Positions 1 through 7,112 of a stretch of 25,561 bases of DNA are shown here, piece after piece; position 1 is the stretch's first letter, and each line of letters opens with the position of its first letter. Source of the DNA: a virus (taxonomy: Duplodnaviria; Caudoviricetes). The position numbers were made by a program, and so were the translations under genes. The notes under the pieces were generated by a model. That model was not told where the DNA came from and did not search any database. It was given only the letters and a program-made list of their open reading frames with translations. The stretch covers positions 1-25,561 of the IMG/VR virus record IMGVR_UViG_3300028594_000067; one strand, given 5' to 3'.

Positions 1-59
1 GTGTAGGCGGTTTTGCGTTTGTCCCAGCCGGTCTGTTTGTATTCGTTATTCGCTGCCAC
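1..59 (-). CDS. 5' fragment of a gene downstream of the endolysin, probable holin (runs off the window)
   Basis: GTG at 59 preceded by SD AAGGAG (66-71) overlapping the endolysin stop. Reads MAANNEYKQTGWDKRKTAY... The holin call rests on position only. Confidence 0.5.
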   Translation of the reverse strand, partial: MAANNEYKQTGWDKRKTAY

Positions 60-69
60 GGGTGGCTCC

Positions 70-1461
70 TTACTTGTAGAGGTTCTGTTGGTCGTTCATG
101 AGCTTTTGCAGTCCCTTGACGGATAGGGGACCGAAGTCGCCGTCGATGTAGCCGTTATAGAATCCATCAGCGTGCAACCGGTTTTGCAGTGCGCGGATGG
201 TCATGGGGCCACGTTCCCCGTCGATACGACCCTTGTAGTAGCCGCGGTCTTTGAGCCAGCGCTGTTCAGCGCGCACGGTCATTGGCCCGAGGTTGCCGTC
301 GATGTAGCCGGTGTAATTACCAACCGATGAGGGCGCGAGTAGTCGCTGGTAAGCGCGGCGAGTGACCGGCCCGAAATTACCATCTACGAGCAGTTTGTTC
401 TCCGGCCATTCAATGCCTGAGCTGGACGATGCTGCGGAGGTTGAGCTTGCTTTGACTGGTGCGGTGCGGCCTGGTGTGATGCCTTTTGATCGCAGCCACA
501 CGGCGGGGTCGGTCCAGCCGCTGTTGGTGCGGCGGGTCCAGCGTGCGGTAGGCCGATTATGGTTTACTGACACGCCCAGGTGCAGGTGGATTCCGGTCAC
601 ATTGCCGGTGGCGCCCATGTATCCGATGATTTGACCAGCTCGGACGTGTTGGCCGGCTTTTACGTTGTAGGACGCGACGTGGCCGTAGTAGATCCGCATT
701 CGGTCGCCACCGTGGACGCCGATGTCCTGCCAGATGTATTTTCCGGAGTGGTACGGGATGCGGTCGGTTGCGCGTCCGTAACCTGTTCCGACAGCGATGA
801 TCGGGCCGTCCGCTACCGCGTAGATAGGTATACCGGTCTGGCCTGGTTTGGGTGGTGCCCAGTCAGTGCCGGCGTGCAGTGTGCCCCAGCGGGTGCCGAA
901 ACCTGACGTGAGACGACAACCCACGGGCACAGGTGAACTGAATTTGGACATGGTTTCTCCTTGAAGAATCTGGGCCTCTGGGTCGCGGTCTTTGACTGCT
1001 TGGATGAATCGATCCCACGAGCCGGGGTTGTCTTTGAACGTGCGGGGGCAGTGCTTACCGGACCAGTGCTCGTGGTCCACGATGTCGTCGGTGGTCAGAT
1101 TGATCTCATCCAGACGTTTGACCGTGACGCGCACCAGGTTTGAGAGTGTCTTTTCGAGATCCCCGTCAGCGTTGACACACATCTCAATCGCATACGAAGT
1201 GGTGTTGCCTGGCCCTTTCTCTCCGTCGCCGGCGTGCCAGCACTGCGCGCTGGGAAGGTATGACCGGATCGCTTGGGTGTCATCGACCTGCTCATGCCAC
1301 GACGCCTGACGCACGTTGCCTTCTGACTGCAGATCAGCATGAGCCTGAGCATCCGCGCCCACGTCATAGTTATCGGTGTCATGGATCGTGATAGAGTCGC
1401 TGGGGTTCGTGCCGTCAGAGATCCGTTCGGTGTGTTCAACCAGCTGATCTACGAATTTCAT
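70..1461 (-). CDS. Endolysin: Amidase_2 (N-acetylmuramoyl-L-alanine amidase) + M23 peptidase + peptidoglycan-binding repeats
   Basis: Amidase motifs ITIHDT, WHEQVDD, WHAGDG, AIEMC, HEHWSGKHCP. M23 motifs HAGTD and HLH. Four C-terminal DGxxGPx[T/S] repeats (DGNFGPVT, DGNLGPMT, DGERGPMT, DGDFGPLS). Confidence 0.92.
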   Translation of the reverse strand: MKFVDQLVEHTERISDGTNPSDSITIHDTDNYDVGADAQAHADLQSEGNVRQASWHEQVDDTQAIRSYLPSAQCWHAGDGEKGPGNTTSYAIEMCVNADGDLEKTLSNLVRVTVKRLDEINLTTDDIVDHEHWSGKHCPRTFKDNPGSWDRFIQAVKDRDPEAQILQGETMSKFSSPVPVGCRLTSGFGTRWGTLHAGTDWAPPKPGQTGIPIYAVADGPIIAVGTGYGRATDRIPYHSGKYIWQDIGVHGGDRMRIYYGHVASYNVKAGQHVRAGQIIGYMGATGNVTGIHLHLGVSVNHNRPTARWTRRTNSGWTDPAVWLRSKGITPGRTAPVKASSTSAASSSSGIEWPENKLLVDGNFGPVTRRAYQRLLAPSSVGNYTGYIDGNLGPMTVRAEQRWLKDRGYYKGRIDGERGPMTIRALQNRLHADGFYNGYIDGDFGPLSVKGLQKLMNDQQNLYK

Positions 1462-1589
1462 TGGTTATCGGCCTCATCCGGGAACTCATCACCGGCATCG
1501 ACAGGTGGCCCTTCGCCCAGGTCGTTCTCGTCAGTAATCGGCTCAACTTCTTCGATATCTTCTGGGTTGTACTTTGGGTTGTTCGTCAT
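1458..1589 (-). CDS. Small acidic hypothetical protein (43 aa, MTNNPKYNPEDIEE...)
   Basis: SD AGGAGG at 1595-1600 before ATG 1589. Its stop overlaps the endolysin start (ATGA). The ORF-track start at 1724 would cross a terminator, so 1589 is preferred. Confidence 0.7.
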   Translation of the reverse strand: MTNNPKYNPEDIEEVEPITDENDLGEGPPVDAGDEFPDEADNQ

Positions 1590-1610
1590 GACTGCCTCCT
1601 TTTGGGCATG

Positions 1611-1634
1611 AAAAAAGCCCCGGTGAAGGGGCTT
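1611..1634 (-). terminator. Intrinsic terminator inside the lysis cassette
   Basis: Minus strand AAGCCCC-TTCACC-GGGGCTT followed by TTTT. Confidence 0.75.
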
Positions 1635-1654
1635 CGGTGAATCTGGATATTCGG

Positions 1655-1939
1655 TTAGTGGTCGTCTGGTGGTTTGGGCATCCTGCTCAGCTGATCTTCC
1701 GATAATCCTTGGGATAAGATCCACGCCCTTAAGAAGTTATATTCGTTTCTCAGGTTGGCCTTCCGACGCTTCAAAGTAGTCAGCTCAACGTCTTTATCGG
1801 AAATGATTTCGTCACGACGTTGGAGTTCTTCTTTGTGCCCAGTTTTGTATTGGCGGATGGCGTCCATGAGTGCTTTGCCCAGCCAGCCGAGTGCGCCGCC
1901 AATGAGGGTGAGTAGTGTGGTGATGATCGCTGGGTCCAC
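1655..1939 (-). CDS. Single-TM plus coiled-coil membrane protein of the lysis cassette (94 aa)
   Basis: GTG 1939 with SD AAGGAG (1947-1952). Hydrophobic N-terminus AIITTLLTLIGGALGWLG followed by a charged, heptad-like region. Confidence 0.75.
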   Translation of the reverse strand: MDPAIITTLLTLIGGALGWLGKALMDAIRQYKTGHKEELQRRDEIISDKDVELTTLKRRKANLRNEYNFLRAWILSQGLSEDQLSRMPKPPDDH

Positions 1940-1950
1940 AAGGCGGCTCC

Positions 1951-2439
1951 TTACTGGGCTGATGCTTGGTTGAGCCGTTTGCGTTCGAGCCGTCGTTTCT
2001 TGGCCTCCGAGAAGCTGATGCGTCCTATCCAGTGGAACCGTAGCCCGGTGACGAACAGACCGGCGATGATGCCCAGGGTTGCCATGCCACGGTTGCCGTC
2101 GGTGACCAGCCATAACCAGGCTGACACACCCAGGTAGGTGGTCCAGGCGATGATGCCTAACCAGACGGCGAACTTCTCTAACCAAGCGTCACCACTGGCG
2201 ACCGTGACCACGCCAAGTAATCCAGCCAGGGCTAACAGGGTGGCAGTGACCGGCGCGACCGGGCCAACAGCCGTGACGATAGTGATGGGCGGATTGAACG
2301 CACTGTAAGTACCAATGCCGGTGAGGATGAGATACCAGATCCCGTAGAGCACTGAGATGTAGGGCGGTTCATGGAGGTTCGCGAGGAACCGTTTCGGCCA
2401 CCCCCACCCAGCGCCGAGTCTGATGTATTTCTGTGTCAC
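1951..2439 (-). CDS. Multi-pass (about 4 TM) membrane protein, holin-like or lysis accessory
   Basis: Four hydrophobic segments and a basic C-terminal tail (KKRRLERKR). Lies upstream of the endolysin. Confidence 0.7.
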   Translation of the reverse strand: MTQKYIRLGAGWGWPKRFLANLHEPPYISVLYGIWYLILTGIGTYSAFNPPITIVTAVGPVAPVTATLLALAGLLGVVTVASGDAWLEKFAVWLGIIAWTTYLGVSAWLWLVTDGNRGMATLGIIAGLFVTGLRFHWIGRISFSEAKKRRLERKRLNQASAQ

Positions 2440-2499
2440 GGCTGATCACCGGTCCTTTACTGATCTGGGTGGCATGATGGCCTCCTAAGTTTTCGGCAT

Positions 2500-2530
2500 A
2501 AGAAAACCCCCACCAGTTGGTAGGGGTTCT
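2500..2530 (-). terminator. Intrinsic terminator after the 787-aa gene
   Basis: Minus strand AACCCCTACC-AACT-GGTGGGGGTT followed by TTCTT. Confidence 0.75.
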
Positions 2531-2554
2531 CCTGGATGACTGATTGCTGCGTTA

Positions 2555-4918
2555 CTAGGGCAGATTGGTTGCTAGCCATTCAAGCGCGTTGTTCATGATC
2601 TCTTCGAATACAGGCCGACGTGGTGAAGCGTGAGCGTGCTGACCTTCGTAGGTAAAGAATTGGACACGGTCACGATTGGGGCCGGATTCGATCACTTGTT
2701 TGAATGGTTCATAGTGATCGGTGACGTGGAACGTGTCATTAAGGTTCTGGGCATAGTACACGTAGTTATCTACTGGTTCGCTGTATCGGATCAGCGTTGA
2801 GGCACGTTCTTTCAGCGGTACGGACCAATCGTCGTCGTTGGTCAGGTTTTTCACTCCACCTTCTGGGGTGAGATCTGGCATGACGTTCCTAATGTAGTTT
2901 CGTGCGTACCCGAGTGAACCTTTGGGCTGGTAGCGCCAGATTGTTGTTTGAGGGTTCAATGGAACCGCGAGACTATTTGGAACGTAGGTGGCGACTTGCA
3001 TGGACGCGAACCCGCCACCAGATGAGCCCAGGAAGATGATCTTATCCGCACCGGATGCTTCCGCTGCTTTTTGCGACCAATCTGCCAGGATGGGGTAAAT
3101 ATCCCGTTCTTTCCACCCGGTGTACCAAGCAAGCCCAAGTTGCTCGTTGAGGTGGAGTGTTGGGTCGCCAAAGTAGAGACTGCTGTGTGTGGTATTGAGG
3201 AATGTGCGGAGACGTTCGAACCGGGGGAGGGTCGTAGTTTGTCGCGGGAGAGCGCCGTGACAGCTGACGATGAGCACATCTGATTTCTGATTGACAAATA
3301 AGGCATCGAGAGCTGTGTCGCGTCCGAGCTTGGCGCGGTATTTGCTGATACCAGGGTCTTGTAGTGGACTAAATGACTGGGGCTCGTCTACAGGAATAGC
3401 TTGTGAGTGTTCGATTAAATCCCTGTCTTTTGTAAAGGGGATCAGCCCGTTGTTCTCGGGTATTGGCTTAGAATTTTCCAGAGGCCAGGTTTTCGGGTTC
3501 ACAGGCATATCTAGCAGGCGAGGATTCACTAGCTTGATAATGTTGTAGAGCACATCGGCGGACTGTCGTTTCTCTTCCGGCACTCCGAGCATTGTTTCGA
3601 AAATTGTTCTCGCATTGAACGGGATGAAAGGTTCCGCATAGTAATCTCGTTCCACCATCGCGGCGCCGTGCCATGCGCTCATCCGATGTTCCCAATAGAA
3701 CAAATCGAATGGACCGACGAACTCTGAGGCGTTTGCAAACTCGGTTTCGTGAAGGAAGTCAGCGAAGAGCTCAGTTGCTACATGGTCGTATGTGTCCTGT
3801 CCCCATTCATTGATTTCCGCTTTCCCGCTCCCGGGGATTGACCGGAAATGTAAGTTCTTCATTGCCTCGGCCGTGGTGGGTTCTGCCCTGCCGGCTTTTT
3901 GGGCGTGCTGGTAGAACGTCCTCCCAATCTCTAGCAGGTTTGCTGTGACTGCTGCTGTGGTGGGGTCTTTGATCCATGCCGCGAGGGATGGGACTGTTGT
4001 TTTGTGGTGGGTTGAGTAGTTCGCCTGGTCTAACCTGTTCCGCAGTTCGGGTGTCATAGTGACACCCTCGATGACCGTATGTCTCACCCCCATGTGGTGG
4101 GCGAGGTCTCGGGCGAAGTTCCGGTCCATGAGGGTATCTTTCCCCCGACCGTACGTGTAGGTATCGAAATCCACGCCACTATGGAGCATGACTGCAAGCA
4201 TCGTTCGTGAATCTAGTCCGGCCGTCAGCGCCATTTTGAGAGGCCGTTGTGCTGCCATGTTTCGGATTGCTTGAACGGTTCTGTCAAGGATTTGCTGTGC
4301 AGCATTATCCGGCGTGTAATCCTTGAGTGTTCTGGTGGGCCAGAACCGGGTAGCCCGATTGGTTGCCACGTTATAATACGTGTTTGGAGTGAGAATCTTC
4401 GTGCGCCGATACGGCGTGGCGTTGCCTGGGTAACCGTATCGGAAAGGCATGTCGCTTTTCCTGATGGTGCCACCTAAGGCTTGTTCTACTAATAGTGCAT
4501 GGGAAGCCACGACGCCGCCTGCTGCAGCATAGAATACGGATCGCATGGCCGTAGCATCATTGACGACTTTCGTGGTCTCTTGCGTGCCGTAGAGAATCGC
4601 ATACCGCCCGACGTGCTCCGCGAGCTCTTGGTGAAAACGGTCCTCGCTTTCACTCAGCGCTTCTAGAAGGGGTTCGGCTACCTGTGTCCCGTCGCGGTGC
4701 GTGGGGACACAGGTGCCCAGGATGATCAGAAACTGTTCAGGTGTTCCAGCGGACTGTACCTCAGTGTTTTGCTCGACCCATAGGCCAGGGATGAGGGGAC
4801 CCGGTTCATACCCTTCGGGGGCGTACTCGGTGAGAGTATTCAAAAGGAAGCCCCGAAGGAATGGCGTCGCTACGTTATGCAAGACGTGATGGTGTTTTTC
4901 ACTGGAAAGCTGTGACAT
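2555..4918 (-). CDS. Moron: asparagine-synthetase-like (ATP pyrophosphatase-loop) domain fused to a C-terminal alpha/beta-hydrolase
   Basis: ALTAGLDSR is a PP-loop (SGGxDS-like). GRY...D..AMRSVFY resembles an Ntn-like region, with no Cys at the N-terminus. FYWEHRM..W and PFN.R motifs present. The C-terminal domain has a nucleophile elbow FLGSSGGGF and candidate Asp (NLNDTFH) and His (GQHAH). Confidence 0.75.
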   Translation of the reverse strand: MSQLSSEKHHHVLHNVATPFLRGFLLNTLTEYAPEGYEPGPLIPGLWVEQNTEVQSAGTPEQFLIILGTCVPTHRDGTQVAEPLLEALSESEDRFHQELAEHVGRYAILYGTQETTKVVNDATAMRSVFYAAAGGVVASHALLVEQALGGTIRKSDMPFRYGYPGNATPYRRTKILTPNTYYNVATNRATRFWPTRTLKDYTPDNAAQQILDRTVQAIRNMAAQRPLKMALTAGLDSRTMLAVMLHSGVDFDTYTYGRGKDTLMDRNFARDLAHHMGVRHTVIEGVTMTPELRNRLDQANYSTHHKTTVPSLAAWIKDPTTAAVTANLLEIGRTFYQHAQKAGRAEPTTAEAMKNLHFRSIPGSGKAEINEWGQDTYDHVATELFADFLHETEFANASEFVGPFDLFYWEHRMSAWHGAAMVERDYYAEPFIPFNARTIFETMLGVPEEKRQSADVLYNIIKLVNPRLLDMPVNPKTWPLENSKPIPENNGLIPFTKDRDLIEHSQAIPVDEPQSFSPLQDPGISKYRAKLGRDTALDALFVNQKSDVLIVSCHGALPRQTTTLPRFERLRTFLNTTHSSLYFGDPTLHLNEQLGLAWYTGWKERDIYPILADWSQKAAEASGADKIIFLGSSGGGFASMQVATYVPNSLAVPLNPQTTIWRYQPKGSLGYARNYIRNVMPDLTPEGGVKNLTNDDDWSVPLKERASTLIRYSEPVDNYVYYAQNLNDTFHVTDHYEPFKQVIESGPNRDRVQFFTYEGQHAHASPRRPVFEEIMNNALEWLATNLP

Positions 4919-4931
4919 GAACCCAACTGTA
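4919..4931 (-). promoter_or_regulatory. Putative sigA -10 for a leaderless transcript of the 787-aa gene
   Basis: TACAGT (4931-4926) sits 7 nt upstream of ATG 4918. No SD is present and there is no convincing -35. Confidence 0.55.
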
Positions 4932-4939
4932 TCGAAACC

Positions 4940-5554
4940 TTATGGTGTGAATTCGATCATGTCCCATGCCGACACGGATTCGTAGAAGCTGTACAAGCCG
5001 TGTTGCGTGCCGTGAGATAGTTCAGGGATCGTTGCGGTGGCGAATTGGGTGCCGTTGACAGACGCAGTGATCGTGTCTCCTAGCATGGTCGCACTAACCG
5101 TGTCTCCGGGTGCCAGGTCTGGGCCGCGATCATCGGTGAGTTGTAATGACCCGTTAATGCTGTAGGCGATCCGCATGGATTGGCCTGTATGAGATATTGG
5201 TGCGATGACAACGTAATTGTTGGCGTCGAGCACTCGCACTGCTAGTCCGAATCGTCGTGTTGGAGCAGTCTCGTCAAAGGATGCTAGGTGGGCGGTCAGC
5301 GTCCCATTGGCGGTGAGCGCGTCAACAGCAGCGATATGGTGCTGAACTGTGGATGATTTCATGCCACCAGTTCCGTCACCGTAGGTGCCCCACACTGACG
5401 AGGTCGTTCCCGGATTGAAAATTTTCCAGAGTTTGCCATCGACGGTTTGCCCGAGTACGTCAGCCTCGTCACGGTCGAAATCATCAAAGAATCCCGGCAA
5501 AGGCATGACCGGTAGGTTTGGGTTATTGAAGCTTGTGTTCAGAATAATATCCAC
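4940..5554 (-). CDS. Minor tail or receptor-binding accessory protein, beta-rich (possibly a lectin-like sandwich), 204 aa
   Basis: GTG 5554 with SD AGGAG (5561-5565). FFDDFDR..LG motif and beta-strand periodicity. Follows the tailspike. Confidence 0.6.
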   Translation of the reverse strand: MDIILNTSFNNPNLPVMPLPGFFDDFDRDEADVLGQTVDGKLWKIFNPGTTSSVWGTYGDGTGGMKSSTVQHHIAAVDALTANGTLTAHLASFDETAPTRRFGLAVRVLDANNYVVIAPISHTGQSMRIAYSINGSLQLTDDRGPDLAPGDTVSATMLGDTITASVNGTQFATATIPELSHGTQHGLYSFYESVSAWDMIEFTP

Positions 5555-5567
5555 GCGTTTCTCCTGA

Positions 5568-7109
5568 CTAGTATGCGTTGGGCATTGGGCCTTGTCGTAG
5601 GGTTCTGCCACCTGGGGTAAAATACTCATCTACCGCATAGTGGATTAAACGTCCTGATGCGGTCGGCCCGTATGCGCTACCTGAACTATTACCGCGGGTG
5701 ATGTTTGGGTCCTCCCACACTTTGTTGAACGTGTACCCGTCCACTGTGGTGAGAATGAATCGGTGTCCTTCACCTGGTGCTGACACGAACTCGAACACCA
5801 CCGGTGCGTCATCGCCTGGTCGGTTTGCGCGCCACACCGACTGACATAAAATAGTCAGACTTTGGATGTGGTCGTACAGGTATGCGACTTCCATCTCATA
5901 TCGTTCTTGGTGCTTTCCCTGCTCCCGACTGATCCTGAGCACACCGTTTGGGTGTCCATCGGTTGCGAACAGAACACAATTCGGTAAAGCAATAATCCCT
6001 ACGCATTGGTTTGGGCCATCGCGGGGGTACGAATGGTCAGCAACATGCCACGTTTCACCAAGATCATCAGTGAACATTGTGCCCTGCTCATCATCCCCGT
6101 AAGTGACCCAGATCCGATCCCAGTACGGGTCGATAGCGATGCCATGCAAATGGATACCGGTGTGTTCATCGAGTGCGTCGTTGTCTTCGAAGATGTTGAG
6201 GATTCGGCGCCATGTTCTACCGTAGTCCTGGGATAGGTAGGCGCGTCCTGCTCCTTCGGTGCTGCCACGGACCCCGATTTTGGGACCATATTCAGCTATC
6301 GCCACCATGTTGCCGTGATGTGACCACGAAAACGCGGCAGAAGGGTAAGCGTCAGGTGTTTCACCTTGGAGTACCACTTCCCAAGTTGCGTCTTCCGGGG
6401 TCGGGTTAAACCCTGTGGATAAGTGCAGCTGGTAGGTGTCGCCGTCATTACCGCCACGTGTTGCCACCAGCACTTCCCCGTTGTCGAGAATAATTCCGGA
6501 TCGTACAGGTTCGTCAAATGTGTGGCAGAGGTGCCATGTGCGTCCCTCATCTCGTGAGTACCGCAACATCGAGCTGTTGTGGTTGATCATCGTTGTCCGG
6601 TCGTTCCGGTCCATGTAAGTGGGGTAGTAGGTGACTTCCTCAGGCGGGTTGGGTTCGAACTTCTCGTGCTGGTGAGTGCGGACTGGTCCGGCCTGGGATG
6701 ATTCGAAAGCAGGATCATACACGTGGGTGCGACCGCGCTCATCAACCTCGAACGCGACCCGGCCGTATTTGTCCATGACACGGTACCCATTAAGACTGGC
6801 CTGATGCTCTGCCCCGCCGAAAAGGACAGATCCGCGTTCGGTTACCCCGAATGCGACCCGGCCGTGTTCATCTCGGATTCGGAATTCGTCGTCTGCCCCA
6901 CGTTCTACAGGGTCGAGTTTGTGGCCGTGTTCAGCGACCTCACCTGGGAGATGCCCATACGTGTGCTCAACCTGTTGGGCGTGGGTGTTGATCTCGGTCG
7001 ACACCGCATGATCAACCCGTTTCGCTAACCGTTCAATGTCGGTGTGGACAACAACGCCGTCGCCACCTTCAGGGAATGGCAAGCCATAATTCGTGGTGGT
7101 GTCAGCCAT
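5568..7109 (-). CDS. Tail spike / receptor-binding protein with a BNR Asp-box beta-propeller (sialidase-like fold)
   Basis: Asp boxes YSRDEGRTW, LSQDYGRTW, FTDDLGETW, TTVDGYTF. N-terminal MADTTTNYGLPFP anchor. Duplicated D.[HY]GRVAF.V.ERG motif. Confidence 0.75.
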   Translation of the reverse strand: MADTTTNYGLPFPEGGDGVVVHTDIERLAKRVDHAVSTEINTHAQQVEHTYGHLPGEVAEHGHKLDPVERGADDEFRIRDEHGRVAFGVTERGSVLFGGAEHQASLNGYRVMDKYGRVAFEVDERGRTHVYDPAFESSQAGPVRTHQHEKFEPNPPEEVTYYPTYMDRNDRTTMINHNSSMLRYSRDEGRTWHLCHTFDEPVRSGIILDNGEVLVATRGGNDGDTYQLHLSTGFNPTPEDATWEVVLQGETPDAYPSAAFSWSHHGNMVAIAEYGPKIGVRGSTEGAGRAYLSQDYGRTWRRILNIFEDNDALDEHTGIHLHGIAIDPYWDRIWVTYGDDEQGTMFTDDLGETWHVADHSYPRDGPNQCVGIIALPNCVLFATDGHPNGVLRISREQGKHQERYEMEVAYLYDHIQSLTILCQSVWRANRPGDDAPVVFEFVSAPGEGHRFILTTVDGYTFNKVWEDPNITRGNSSGSAYGPTASGRLIHYAVDEYFTPGGRTLRQGPMPNAY

Positions 7110-7112
7110 GGT

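Noticed and set aside
1655-2185. 176-aa version of the single-TM ORF
   Set aside because: The N-terminal extension overlaps the 4-TM gene out of frame. An SD supports the start at 1939.
2555-4918. Lasso-peptide cyclase or RiPP cluster interpretation of the AsnB-like gene
   Set aside because: No B1/B2 (RRE or transglutaminase-like protease) genes and no credible precursor peptide nearby.
4940-7109. Diversity-generating retroelement acting on the tail-tip genes
   Set aside because: No reverse transcriptase and no TR/VR repeat pair seen in this window.
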